Assembly (NCBI RefSeq): GCF_011386835.1
Contig: NC_088794.1
Span: 12,958,001-13,022,000, forward strand
Reading direction: 5' to 3'
DNA from: Chrysemys picta bellii
Taxonomy: Eukaryota
Length of the DNA: 64,000 bases
Shown: piece after piece, positions 37,932 to 50,808 of the stretch
How positions within the stretch are numbered: position 1 is the first letter of the stretch
How the letters are laid out: the number at the start of each line of letters is the position of its first letter
The notes under the pieces: generated by a model
The model's database searches: none
Seen by the model: only the letters and a program-made list of their open reading frames with translations
What the model was told of the DNA's origin: nothing
Translations under genes and position numbers: made by a program

Positions 37932-38404
37932 TGTCACGGAGTATTGGGGGACTTAGGGCCCTGCACCCCCGGCTTCCTGTGATTCACCATGACTCTCAGC
38001 CAGCCAGTAAAGCAGAAGGTTTATTTGGATGACAGGAATACAGTCCAAGACAGGTCTTGCAGGCACAGACAACCGGGCCCCCCTCAGTTAGGTCCAGCTT
38101 GGGGTCCCAGGGCATGCCGGCCCACCCCCCTTGGGGGGTCAGAGCCATCTCTGCCTCCCAGCCAACTCTCCAGCCTCCTTCCAGCCTGCTTCCAGCACTC
38201 TGCCTTTAGCGACCCCTCCCACAGCCTTTGTTCAGTTTTCCGGGCCCCGGAGTCATCTGACCTCCAACCCCCTCCTGGGTTCTCATGTTACAAGCTCAGG
38301 TATGTTCCCTTGGGCCGGCACCCATCCCCCAATGCAGACCATCCTAGCCACACTCCCCTGTCAGCATTCACACACCCCAGCAAGAACAGTCCCAGTTTGT
38401 CACA
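37932..38404 (-). repeat. 5' LTR
   Basis: 473-bp direct repeat of 34308-34780. Confidence 0.95.
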
Positions 38405-38839
38405 GCATGCTCTATGTACGCACTGTTTATGCACAACTTGCTTTTTACCTTATTTTATGTTTTAGGGTTGTTTTATGCATTGTTAACTTGTCCATTGTAA
38501 GTTGTTCCCTGAGTGTTCCCTCTTCTCTTAGCTAGTACAGACGTTCTGTTCCCAGCCTGCTGATCCATTCACCTCTTTAATCCAAAAAATAAGGCTTCAC
38601 CCATGTCCAGTTACTCTTGTCGAGCCAAGCCTACATTAGCCATTATTACTGACCCCTTTCTCAAAAGATACTAGGAGTGGAGCTCACACAGAGCACAAGT
38701 AACATATGAAATTGGCTCAGGTCATCTACCAGCGTTTGGTGTGGGGTGGGAATGCAGACATGGAATTCAGCTGTGCAGAGAACCACGCAGCATCAGTATG
38801 AGTTACAGTATTTAGGGCTATGGACCCCTCTGCGTCAGA

Positions 38840-39030
38840 AACTGCCCTGTGGCGGGTAAAAGGGCGATCTGGTGGTGAAGGGGCTGGACTGGGAGATATG
38901 GATTCAGTTCCTGGCTCTGTCACAAACTTCCTGCTTGGCCCTGGGCTAGTCACTTGATCTCTCTGAGCCTCAGGTCTCCAGCTGTCAAATGGAGATGATG
39001 ATGATGATAATACTTCCCTTGTCCTAACTT
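38840..39030 (+). repeat. MIR/CORE-SINE-like remnant
   Basis: ctgggctagtcacttgatctctctgagcctcaggtctccagctgtcaaatggagatg resembles the CORE. Confidence 0.55.
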
Positions 39031-42000
39031 TTGTCTGCCATGGTTCTCCACTGTGTGTGTGCAGCACCCAGCACAGGGGAGCCCTGCTCTCAGGTTGGGC
39101 CTGTAGGTGCTGCGGCAGGATAGAGAGACCACTTGTCCCTGGAGTTCTGGTGGGGTCTGTGAGTGATCTCACCACCACCACCCCGGGTTCCTTTGGGATT
39201 AGAAGTTTAGGACTAGGAGACCAAAGGTTGCTCCTGTAGGGTCCCACTGCAATCCAGCGGCAGAGCTCTCTCGTAGCTTCATTTTGAAACCAGCGAGAAT
39301 TTCACAAGTCCCTTGGCAGTGTGCCCCCTGGAGAGTTACAGGGACATGCATGCTTTCTGGTGCTAAGGGGTTTGATTTGGGCTTTATATCATGGAAATGA
39401 GAGCAGCCCCTTTCTTAGCCTGGGAAGGGCTCAGATGCTCTCCATGAGACTCATGCCTGTATCCCGACCTGTGAGAGATTCACATTTTTCCTGGCCTTAT
39501 TTCAGTGTTGTTAACCAAACTGTAATGATTCCTCTCTCATGATGTGGCTGAGCAGCACTCCCCAGACTCGTGCCAAGCAGAGTCTAACCCTGATCAAACC
39601 CTCTGCCAAGCAGGAAGGGGGACATGGGGCAAGTGCCCTGAGGGCAGTGGAGCCCTGAGCCTGCCCCTCCGAACAGCGAGCTGCTCTTGGGAGAAAACAG
39701 GCACCAGTAAAAAGTGGCAGGATATGTCTGTGCGTGGGGAGGGCTCTTGTGAGCAGCCCCTCCCATTTATTCTGTTGCCTTCTCAAACTCCACTGCAGCC
39801 ATGGAGCCGGGAAGTATTGGCACAGCACCGATTGGCTGGCATGGAACAGGCTTTAAGGAGGGGGTCCTTTGGGCCAGTTAATTTCAGAAGAACGTGGCCA
39901 GAAAAGCCCAGGCTTCCTTTCTTTGTGGAGGGAGGTTACTTTTTGAGAGCACAGAGTTGGTGCACATGAGATAAAATCAACCACAGCCGTGGCTTCCACG
40001 CCTCACCCTGTGCTTTCGTCAGATGTTTATTTTAAACAGATTTTTCATTTAGAAACCGGCGGGTTTCAGCAATTTCCCCAACACATTTTCTGCAGAGTTC
40101 CACAGCACCATGCAGATATTTAGGGTACTTGTTCTGCTCGGTCGGCATGGCAACGGGACAGGTACGGTACCTGGAGAGATTTCAGGCATATTACAACGCT
40201 GCTTTTTATTCTTTGTACCTTCTGCCCATTTTAAAATGGCACATAGAGATGTGCAGGAGCCTTCTCCCACCATCGAGGACAGATTGCACTGACTGCAGCT
40301 GGCAGGGACCTTGGGAACAAGGACATCGCACAGGTTTTAAGTAGCTACATGGAGTTACCACACACGCTAAGCCGATGCTTGAAGACAGGAGAACGTCACT
40401 TGTTTATTGCCTGTGATATATCTGTGCATATGGCCATAGTGGATTGTAACCTCAACAGGGCTTTGCACAGACAGAACCCTGCCAACAGCTCGTTGTTTGC
40501 AAAATATTTCTTTCCTTGAATGAAACTGCAAAATGCTGCGAGGCATCGGGGCAGCCAGCGGGGTGGAAGGAGCTGCAGGGGCCTTGGGGCAGGGAGCTCG
40601 CTAGCTGCCTGTGGCGGTGTGAGAATGGGAAGGGAGAGGCGGTGTGGAGCATACAGCATTCCAATGGAAACAGGGAGTGAGCATCGTAGGAACACGTCCC
40701 TTGTTAAAGCCACACTCTCAAAGAAACTGGAGATGGTGAAGATCCATCCATCCATTGAAGGGTTTCCTCCAGCACTCGTCATCAGCATCTAGGTGCTTCC
40801 AGGATAATTCAGACTTGCATGGCAAGAATTCTAGTAAATTTCATGAGTCTTGGGATACGTCCAAACTGCAGCTGGGAGTAAGCCCGGGCAGACATGCTGA
40901 AAATAGCTGTGTGGACATTGGGCTGCAGCAGAGGCAGGGGCTCGCCGCCCAAGCTCAGAGCCCTTCTGCAACAGGGGTCCGAACTCGGGTGGCGAGCCAG
41001 AGCCTCTGCCAGCATCCTCCCTGCTGTTTTAGTGCACGCCCCACTAACTCAAGTCTGTCTGCCCGGGTGGGGAGGCTCACGCCCAGCTGCAGTGGAGACA
41101 TATCCTTGGATTCGTCTCTGCTACAGGAAGTTCTGCTTGGGCTGTGGACGTGACTTTTTTTTTTCTTTCCCATCCTGCTGCTGCAGTACAGCTCACCTCT
41201 CTCTAACAGAGCTGAAATATAAACAAATCTGTCTGAGATCTCTAAGCCCTGGCAAAGAACAGGACATGTGGAAAATCCCCCTGGATTTCCGTGTTCCCCG
41301 GGCAGAGAGGCAAGCAGCAAGAGATGAGCGCTCTGCTCCTCAGGCCCATGGAACTTTCTACACTAAGGGTCCAGCTCACCTGTGAGGAGACAGTTTGTGG
41401 AGTCAGAGAGCTTAAGGCCAGAAGGGGCCACCAGTTTGCAGGTTGCACCCATCACCTAGTCTGACCGACTGTATGCCACAGGCCCCTCAGTTTCACCCAC
41501 TTACCCTTTATGGAGCCCAATAATTCGTGTCTGGGCAAAGCATCTTGCAGAAAGGCCGCCATTGGTTCTTGCTGGACCTTTGTCTGCTGGATCACAGAGC
41601 CCTGTAGTACCCAGCGTCAGGAGCTCATGGAGAAAAGGAACCTTTGAACATTGCTGAGACAGCTCTTCCTGTACCAGCCCCAGAGACACACGGGCTCCTG
41701 CCCTCAGCCTTTTCCTACCTTTGCACATGTCACTTCCTGCTGAGGGCCTCTCTGGTGTCCAGCCTGGCGTTCCGGGACAGGCTTGACGGAATAAAAGGGT
41801 CCCCCTGCATCTTTTATTCTGAGAACTTGTCTGTCCAGCTCACCACCAGGGGAAGCCACAACACCTACACCCTGGTGACGTTCACAGATTTTCCAATCAA
41901 TCCATCCATGGTTTGCTGAGGAGAACATGGCTTCTCCCTGCAAAATTACTGCTCAAATAAAGCGAACGTCAAACAGGTTCAGGTGGGAAATAAGTGGTGC

Positions 42001-42080
42001 TTAAATATCGTGCAGGCCTCTGCACAGGTGACTTCTACCTTAGCTGGGAGACATTTTATAAATATGACTGTATCTGTAAT

Positions 42081-42181
42081 TTTCATTCCATGTGTCTGAA
42101 GAAGTAGGATTTTTTACCCACAAAAGCTTATGCTCAAATAAATCTGTTAGTCTTTAACGTGCCGCTAGACTCCTCGTTATT
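42081..42181 (+). mobile_element. Degenerate PLE pLTR fragment
   Basis: tctgaagaagtagg...cccacaaaagcttatgctcaaataaatctgttagtct. Confidence 0.7.
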
Positions 42182-45100
42182 CCTGTTACTGTAAAGCTAC
42201 TGATCTGGAAAAGGGGCCAGTAAATTAACTTGACAGTTCACACAGCCCTTCACACTTGGATAATTTCTCTGCTTGACTCACAACATGAGTTGAACTTTTC
42301 ACACCATGTATTTTAATCCCACTTTATACAACCAACCAATATTTTATGTATAAAGTGGACAGGTGTTAAGATGGCTGTTGCATTGCTGGTGAGGTCTCTT
42401 GAAGGGATAAAGGAGCAGGTGAATGGCTTGAATGGCTAAATGCGGGGGGCGGAAGGGGTGTCCCATTTGCCATAGCGTGGTCCCATGGTACAGCAAACAG
42501 CTGTGGGAGCCTACCCCATCTAGCCATGAAGAAAGGAAGGTTAGACCCTCTGGCTGAGAACCCAGGAAGTAACTGGCTCAGATAGCAGAACTTAACAAGG
42601 AAGGATTTACAAAAGGGTCAAGGATTTTGCAATTAGAGGAACCCCAGCTAAATGGATTCACTCAGGCTAATTCTGTTTCTCAGCCGCTGACTGGAGGAAC
42701 CAGTGCGCATGGCTAATTAGGCACAAGCTGTTAGCTGGGTTGTCCTGGTGAGGTCTCCCCTGAATGCTGGAGAGGAGAGAAACGCCCAGTAGAGAAAGTA
42801 AAAGTGACTGAGTAACTAAAGATCACACAGCAAGTGGGCGGCAGAGCCCAGAGAGAAGCCAGGTTGACTCAGTCCCCTGTTCCAACAACTGCAGTGCCCC
42901 CCACACCCTGTAGTGCTCCCCGGTGCCACTCTTCCCACACCCCTTCACATGCCAGCTCCACATGCAGCATCCCTTGTGCATGGAACGCCCCCACCCTGCT
43001 CACAACTATCCCCTTGTCCTCTCCCGTCTGACACGCTGCTCGGCTGTGTTGCCATTACGGCTGTGCCCTAAGAGGTTGTGAGACTGGTCGCTAGGGAGAG
43101 ACCGGGCTAGTGAAGGGAACATCAGGACCCTGCAACGCTCAGTGCATCCTTTCCACCCCGGCATGCAAGCCAGGCTGCTCTGTGGCTGCTTGGTAAGGTT
43201 GTGGGTCCTGGTGCAATGAAGCCGCCCTAGTGCAGCAAATCCTCCTTTCCCTTGGCTCCCCCAGCTGGTCAATAGCTGCCAGAGAAGGCCCAGTGCTGAA
43301 GCCGTCATTGCTGAACAGACACTCATCTGTTACGGGTCAAGGCCCTGGTGTTATCAGATGCCCTCTCCTTGTGCACACCTCTCTGGGCGACTCACCACAG
43401 GCCGCTCCATGCTAGGGTGTCCTTTGTGTGAGGCTTGCACCCAAAGCCCCCAATAGGGTCAGGGCCCCGTGGTGCTGGGTGGTGAAGACTGCCCCTAGCC
43501 TGAAGCACTCATGAGCTAAGAAGTTGTTGAGCACTGCACCCACCCCACCCCCCCATCTGTGGCCGGCTGCTCCTGTGTTTGCCTGAATCTAACAGGGATT
43601 GTAAAGCTTCTCAGAGCAGAGAGCTGCTCTGCCTGTCCAGTGCCCTCGGTGCCGAGCTGACAGCTGCGCAAGCCCTCTCAGGACTGCCCCCTTCGCTTGC
43701 TGCAGACAGGCTCCCTCCACGGCCCTTGGATCTCAGCTGCGAAGGTTTCTCTCCTCGGAGTGGGGCTCAATAAATGGTTTCATTGTCATTTTGGAGTTAC
43801 ACAGCAGTAGTGGTCTGACCACTGTGAAGCGCCAAAAAGAGAAGCGCGTACCTGGCCCAGATAAGTCTGGTGTCCTCCCCATCCTATCCAAACTCCCCTG
43901 TTGTCCCACGTGGCACCCATCTACAACACATGCCCGTTCACCCAAGCACTGCACAGCCAAGTCCTGAGATTCCTTATAGTTAGTTATTCCCAGTAAGAAA
44001 AAGGGAGGGATGGGGCATGAATGTATTGTGGCACATTTGTGCTAAGTCTGCCAGTGTTTGTCATCAAATGGGTGTAATTCTCGCTCTGATCACACCCCCA
44101 TCACTCCTGTGATTCCCTGGCTGGAATACTGACCAGGAACCCTCCTGCCTCCTTCAGCTGCACACAGCTATTTGCCTCTTCCCCACGTACAGTTCACTAG
44201 CCATTAACTGCCCCTCCCCCACCCCCACCTGTACAGTTGGTTTGGCTCTGGGCCCACCGTGGAGAGGCCTTTCACAGGAAATGCCCCACGGGCTGCACCT
44301 GCACTGGCCTTTCCTCTCTGCTACTTACTGCCTCTGGTGCAGCTCTCCCAGTGAGAGCCCTGAGGCAGCTGGTGCAGCAAGCAGGTTTAATGACACCATG
44401 GTGACAATGCTACCTATACTAGTATTGGCGGAGCCGCACTGGTGGGGGAGGCTGGAGGAGATAAGGCCTTGGTGTGAGGTGATCGCCCCAGAGTAGCCAA
44501 GGAAGCCCGCTAGTCCCCTCCCGTGTGGTTCCTTTCCTCCAAGCCTCACTGTGCAAACAGCTGTGCGTGTGAGCACAAACAGCTCGGCCTGCATTCTTCA
44601 TGGCCTTGCTTTGAAGCTGTTGCTCCGGCCAGCAGCCCAGTTAAGCTTAAGAACACGTTGCTTTTTGCGTCTCTGCTCTGGTCTTCACGGGGGGGTTTGT
44701 TTTTCACACTGTAGTACAGCCAGAGCAGGTTACTGGCTTGCAGGCTGGCAGGAACCCAACCAGAAGATGTAAGAGCCCGGCTGCTCCTGAACATGCTCAG
44801 GATGCCTTGTTGGCCGCAGTCCTTAGACACCCAAAGCCACAGCCCTTCCCAGAGACTGAGGTCCAGTTTTCTAGGGGAGGTGCTTTGCTGAATGAGCCCT
44901 GGTCAAAGAGAGGCATGGACATCACGGATCCCCTGACTTCTCCTAGCGTCCTCAGGGCTCTGCCCCAAGGCCTTGGCCTAATTCCCCCTCACCGCCATGC
45001 TGGGTGCTCTTGGCGCTCTGGCTGCTGCCCTCCACACTGAGGCGGTGGCATTTCAGAGGGGCTGGTTTGTACGGTGTGGGACTCCGCAAGGATGATGGCC

Positions 45101-45599
45101 CGGGGGACTGGCACCGCAGCTCAGCCACATGGTCCCAAACTCCTGTGAGAAAGGCTTTGTCTTCACTTCTGGCGAGGTCTGTGCTACCTCAGGGTGATTA
45201 ACGCATCAGGGAAGACAAGGTATGGTAGCTGTACCACGTGGGCAGCCCTACTCCCTATGGGCCATGCTCTGCCAGGCCCCAGGACACCATGGGCTGTGTG
45301 TAGCTGTGTGACTGAGGCTCTGCAGCCGGGCCTGGCGTGTTGTGACTCTGCAGGCGTTGGAGGGCCCCAGCCAGGCCCCATAGTAACGCAGACAGACGGA
45401 AGCGGACATCTGCCCAAGCCTCCTGGCCTGGCAGCAGGAACTCAGGCTGGGAGCAGGGGCAAGGGACCCATGGGTGGCAGTGTTCTCGCAGATCCAGCAC
45501 AGACCTTTGGGGTGGGAATGTCAGACCCTCCTAGCCCCTTGACTGCTTGCCTGCCAGCTTGACAAGTAACAAATCTAACTGTTCTTTGAGCTGGTCTTT

Positions 45600-45905
45600 C
45601 CCTATCTTCTATAGCACTCCTTGCTCCTGGCTGTTACATTAATGGTGTTAAGTGTCCGGTTACAATTGACCTATTTAGGGAGGACTGAAGCAAAACTGGC
45701 ATTAAACACCTCAGCCTTCTTGATGTCATGTGTTATTAGCGCTAAGTGGTGGATGTACACTTGCCTTCATCTTCCTCTTGCACCTAATGTATTTATAGAA
45801 ATTCCTATTGCCTTTTATGTCCCTTGCTGAGTGTCGCTCATTTTATGCTTAGCCTGTCTGATTTTGTCCCTACATGCGTGTGGTGTTCTTCTGTGCGCCT
45901 CCCTA
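45600..45905 (-). mobile_element. Old CR1 ORF2 fragment
   Basis: Minus strand reads approximately DIKGNRNFYKYIRCKRK...DIKKAEVFNASFASV, the CR1 pre-RT region. Confidence 0.75.
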
Positions 45906-46828
45906 GCAGTAATAGTCATGATAAAGCTCAGACAGTGTGGGGATGCACGGCAGCCTCACTTTGTAACCTGCTCCACACCAGCAGCTACAGGAGCCAGGCA
46001 TGCTGCAGAAGGAATAAATTAACTCTCCATTTCTGGACCTGCTGTGCAGCCACACCAGGGACCCCCGCTGCCAGCATGTCCTGACATGTCTGGGCCTTTG
46101 CTTCAGCCCGCCCTGTGTGTGAGCAACGATTAACTTTGCTAAAGATCGGTCATGGATCAAGGCCAGGGCAGGAATCTCACAGGTGGGTGAGGAGGGAAGA
46201 GACCAGGGCAAGACTAGGAGAGTGGAAAATCCTTTATTACACAAGAGTTTCTTTGGCTGCCTTCATCCTGAGGAGCTGGGGTTTGTGCTCTGGCTCTAAC
46301 AGCATTCCCGGCACTGCATTCCCATTGCAAAACCGTTCTCGGGGGTGGGGAATGTGCGGGTGGATTACTAGTGTAGTCAAAGTGCAGCGACAGCGTTTGT
46401 GGGAGACAAGCTAGTCCATACAAAAGGGGGAAGAAAGCAGGTTGCCATGTGTTTCAAGGGGGCACAACAGTATCTTAGCAGGAACTGAGCCACAGCATGT
46501 TCAGTGCAAAGTCTCTAGGCACACTAAGGTGGAACTAGGTCAGCAGCCTGTAGCTGGATGAATTTATCTAAAATCAAACCGGAGGTGGCTGTTCACACGG
46601 AGTACCGCCCTAGGTCACGCATCACTGATAGCTGTGAGAGCTCCAGAAAAACTTCAGCGTGACGTTCAGGCTGCTGAACCCACTCCCAACAGAGAGAAAG
46701 GCCCTTCTGTGGAACAGCACCAGGAGTGCACCATGGCAGGCCAAGCGGGAGCTGCCTTCGCCCAGCGAGGCCCCGCACACAGCTCCCTCTCTGAGGGCTC
46801 CGGCCAAGCCCACCTGCTGGTGAAGCTT

Positions 46829-46834
46829 TTTATT
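46829..46834 (-). terminator. OLFML3: Candidate OLFML3 polyadenylation signal
   Basis: AATAAA about 400 nt after the stop codon. Confidence 0.55.
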
Positions 46835-47227
46835 TTAAACCCTGTTAAATAACCCCAGACTTCCTGATGCTGTGAGTTGACGCCCAACGAAGTAACGGCT
46901 CCTTGCGTCCCTGGGGCTCATGCTGTCGGCCTGTGGCTGCCCCCTTACTGCCCGGGTGAGCAGGGGATCCCATGGCTGGTGCCATGGGGCCCTGCTGCAG
47001 TGAGCTGGGGAGTGTCAGTCAAGCGGCAGGGCTGGCCAGGGAGCTGCAGCACCATTCACAGTCACGGAGAGCCGGGAGCAGTGGTGGGCGTGTGGCCCTT
47101 GCATTAGCTCTGAGGAGCTGGCTCTGCCACCCTGAGGCAGGCTGGGCACTTGTGGACTGCACAGGCCAGGCACCGCTCAGCGTGAGGCAGGGTGGCAGAG
47201 CGAAGGGCAGGGCCGGATTGGCCCCTC

Positions 47228-48012
47228 TCAGATCTCCAGTTTCTTCTTCATCTCCATCCTGTAGATGATCTGGTAGCCATCGTCCCAGGCGTAGATCTGC
47301 CGCTCCTTGGGGTTGTACTTCATGCTGGAATGAGACCCATAGCGCTTGGGGAAGTACACCAAGGCAGCATCCTCGGGCGTCATGGCGCCACTGACGTCAA
47401 AGACGCACTGCACGCGGGAGCGGCTCGGCAGCCTCGTGTTGTACACCACATAGAGTGCCCCGCAAATGACAAAGGCACTCTCAGCGTTCTCCCGTGGGCA
47501 TGGCGTGTCCCACATCTGCTCTATGTCCAGGGAGACGGGGTCCAACTTGGCCAGGCAGATGTTCTTCTCATTCTCCCTGGTGGCATAGATGGCCCATAGC
47601 CCTTCCTCATCAGCTGCTATGTCGATGTAGTTGAAGGCAGAGAGGCCAAAGACAGGTACCTGCTCCTCGGCTGGGAACACGGAGCTGTCCACGATGGTCT
47701 TATTGGCCAAGCTGAACTTGATGACCTGGAAGGTGCCCTGCTGCCGAATGTAGTAGAGATGCCCCCCATACACCAGGTGCCCGGTGCCCACCCAGGGGTA
47801 GGGCAGCTTGATGCGGGCTGCCTTCCGCGTGGCGGAAAACAGCGTAAACTCCCTCATCCTGGGGAACACATAGACGGTGTCATTTCTGGAGCCATCGAAG
47901 ACATAGATCTTCTCCGAGCTCCCCACGGGGTCCTTGGTCCACAGCCCAGCACTGCTGCCAAATTTCTTCAGGATCTTCATGGCTTTCACCTGGGAGATGG
48001 TGTCACTGCAAT
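47228..48012 (-). CDS. OLFML3: Olfactomedin-like 3, coding exon 3 (olfactomedin domain)
   Basis: cag acceptor at 48013-48015, phase 1; DCSDTISQVKAMKILKKFG...GTGHLVYGG...DEEGLWAIYAT...YNPKERQIYAWDDGYQIIY; TGA at 47228-47230. Confidence 0.96.
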
Positions 48013-49811
48013 CTGTGAGGGCGCAGGAGAGCCTGTGAGAGCCAGCCCCCAGCAGCCAGCCAGGGCCCCAAGTGCCTTCACACCCTCCCTGGGCACCTCA
48101 GCACAGGGGCTGGGGACACCCCCCCCCCCCCCAGCGGGAGAAGCACCTGGGAGAAGGAAGGGGGGGTCTTTAGCAGAGAATATTTAGGGAGGGTTTTACT
48201 TTTGAGTCCTTACGGCAGGGCAATCTGATTCCTCCTCAGTGACATCTCCTACAGATGCAGGGAGGTCAGCCCCTGACCTGAGCCCCGCAAATACAAATTA
48301 CTTTCCTCTCCCTAGCTTGCTGCCTCGGGGTTTGGTACTTTTGCCCAGCACTGTCGCATCTGGGCGCCCTTCACAGAAAATCCACAGCAGTTGTGCAGTG
48401 GCCTCCCTGGAGCCCTTGGCTCCCTCCCTGCTTGGGGGTAGCGCTCTGCTCAGGATGGGGGAGGGCTTGGTTTTAGGGGGTCTCGGGTGGGAGGGAGAAA
48501 GGTGTTTGTCAAACAGGAAGGTTTTGCTGCATTTCCCAGACTCCGGATTTGCCTCTAGAAGTTGGTTTCCCAGCTCTCATGTGCTCTCATGTTCCCCGCA
48601 GGCCATGAGACCCGCGGGTGGGAGCTTGGCAGGTAGGGCCTTGTGTGTAATGTACCGAGTCCCTCGAGCTGTTACCTCAGGCAGATCTGGGCCAAGCTGC
48701 TGGCTTCTGAGGGAGAGCGGGAACCTTACTATGCCCACAACTTCCAGAGTAAAACCTGCTGTTTTTTCCTGCCTTGTATTTGGAGCCTGTCCGGAGTCAC
48801 CAAGCAGCATCAGCTGCTTCGTAGGCCCCTAACCAGGCCAAGTTGGCCGAAGTGCCCAGCCTGCTGGTCCCCCTGGGGCCGGTTTTGCCAGGGACTCAGT
48901 ACCCGGCCTGCCCCCAAGAGCTGCACTACCTGCAATCTCCAGGAGGCTCAAGCAAAGCACCCAAACAGACCATTTTTGAAAACTGTGGCCCAAGCCTCTT
49001 TGTTTAAGAAGGAGCCTGAACCAAACTTCCCCGTCCCTTTAGCCGCTCCAGGGCTGCCGGGAAGCAGGCACTGATTTGTTCGGGCAGCTGCATGGTTCTC
49101 CCTGGGGCTGCATTCCCTGCTCCAACAGGCACCTCAGTTCTGATGCTCAGGGAACTGATTGGACTCGTGGTATTGACAAGTCGTAAATCTTTCAGTCCCT
49201 GCATGCAGCAGTGCAGGACTCCTGGGGGCCAAGCAGCTCTGTGGTCCCTCAAGTGCTGCATGCCCAGGGATGGAGGGCAGGGGAAGACCACGGAGCACGA
49301 GTGTGCCAGGAGATGGAGGGAGCTGCCGTAGAACTGGCAGCAGGACTGGGCGAGCCCCTCACCAGCAAGTGGCAGGAGTCAGGGATTCAATGGAGAGCAC
49401 GAGGAGAGCATGGAGCAGGCGTTCAGTGACAGCCGAGCGCAGGGCCCCATTGTGCTAGGCAGTGTGGATCCTAGGAGACAGCCCCTGCCCCGCATGCGGC
49501 TAGTCCACAGTGGGTCTGGTGACCTCATTGTACAGACAGGGAGCTGAGGCACCGAGACATGACGTGACACACAGCAGAGCCCGACCTGCATGCAGATCTC
49601 AGCCCAGGGCCTATCCACAGAGCCAGGGGGCCGACAGACCCGTCCAGGGGAGAATTTTGCCGGGGCAGGGGCAGGGGCAGGGGCAGGGGCAGGACGGTAC
49701 TCCAGCCAGTGGCTCTGTACCTACACAAACATTCCTCAGCAGCTCCCTGTGGGAGTGTCTAGGCACCGCGCAAGGAGCATGTCGCTGGCTGGGGGAGACG
49801 CGTGCCCTCAC

Positions 49812-50097
49812 CTGTCAGCTTATCGTACTTCTCGTTCTTCCTCTTCTTGGCTGTGGAGACCTGGTTCTCCATCAGCTTCTCGTCCACCTCCACACAGGGC
49901 GGAGCGGGGTTCTGCGTCTCTAGGTAGTCCACCTCGCGCTCCAGCCGGTCCACCCGCACTGCCGTGTTCTCCACCTCCGTGCGCAGCCTGTCTTGTTCCT
50001 TCTCCATGTTCTCCAGCATTGTGATCACCTGGTTCTTGAACTCGCGCAGCTCGGTGGAGTAGCGGCTGCTCTGGTCATGCCACTGGGAAATCCTTTC
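49812..50097 (-). CDS. OLFML3: OLFML3 coding exon 2 (coiled coil)
   Basis: cag acceptor and GTGAGG donor; ERISQWHDQSSRYSTELREFKNQV...DRLEREVDYLETQNPAPPCVEVDEKL; 286 bp. Confidence 0.95.
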
Positions 50098-50703
50098 CTG
50101 GGGGATGGGAGGGTGAGGTGCTGGGGCCCCTATTTCCTGGAAGGGGCTAATGCAGAGTGTACGGGGGCAGCCCTCTCTCTCTCCCCCTGGCCGTCTGGGC
50201 CTGACACTAATGCCATTCTCATGGGCCATGCAGTGACTGGCAGCACCGTTCGCATGCCTGATGGTGTGTGCAAGGCTTCGCGTTACCCCCAGCCCTGTCC
50301 ACGATGCCCTGGAACAACAGCCCCCATCCTGCTCTGAACGGCAATGGCGGGAGGGCAGTTTGGAGACCTGCTCTGGCCCAAGCTCTCCTGCACTCCCCAA
50401 GCTGGCCACCTGCACAGGCGGCTCCTGCTCCTACACTCATTTCAGCCCTTGGCACCATGCAGCACATGTCCTCCTGGCTCCTCTCTCCCACCCGGCTCCT
50501 CTGTGCTCACAGCACTGCCGGACAGGGCCCCTTCACCCAGCCTCCCCCCACAGCCAGCGTTAGCTTTGCTTTAAGTGCAGGTAAAACAGTGTCGCCTGAG
50601 CAGAGAACCACGCTGCGAATGCGGCGGGTTGGGGAAAAGCCCGAGCCAGGCCTGGCACTGCTCCCCCACAGCAAGGCGGGGCAATGCAGAGACGTGCACT
50701 TAC

Positions 50704-50808
50704 CTCCAAGGCGCCAAATCTCCTATCCATGTACTCCATGTACTGCTGCTGAGCACTGCTGGCCCCTGCCAGGAGCAGGGCAAGGAGGAGGCTGAGCCTT
50801 GGGGCCAT
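50704..50808 (-). CDS. OLFML3: OLFML3 coding exon 1 (signal peptide)
   Basis: MAPRLSLLLALLLAGASSAQQQYMEYMDRRFGALE then GTAAGT donor; the three exons total 1176 nt (391 aa + stop). Confidence 0.93.

Larger units (their letters stand above)
34308..38404 (-). mobile_element. Non-autonomous Gmr1-like Ty3/Gypsy LTR retrotransposon (4097 bp)
   Basis: Two 473-bp LTRs, 5-bp TSD gcatg (34303-34307, 38405-38409), PBS, PPT, and a single gag-pro-IN(N) ORF. Confidence 0.95.
34030..38704 (-). mobile_element. Solo ERV-type LTR (~570 bp; halves 34030-34307 and 38410-38704) split by the Gypsy insertion
   Basis: Minus-strand TG...CA termini; 4-bp TSD tatg (34026-34029, 38705-38708); AATAAA at 34110-34115 about 80 bp from the end. 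Confidence 0.65.

Noticed and set aside
1-46800. SYT6 exons, expected next to OLFML3 by synteny
   Set aside because: No C2-domain or other synaptotagmin-like peptide recognised in any frame; the gene probably lies outside the window
47192-48187. Plus-strand ORFs (135 and 142 aa)
   Set aside because: Antisense shadows of OLFML3 exon 3
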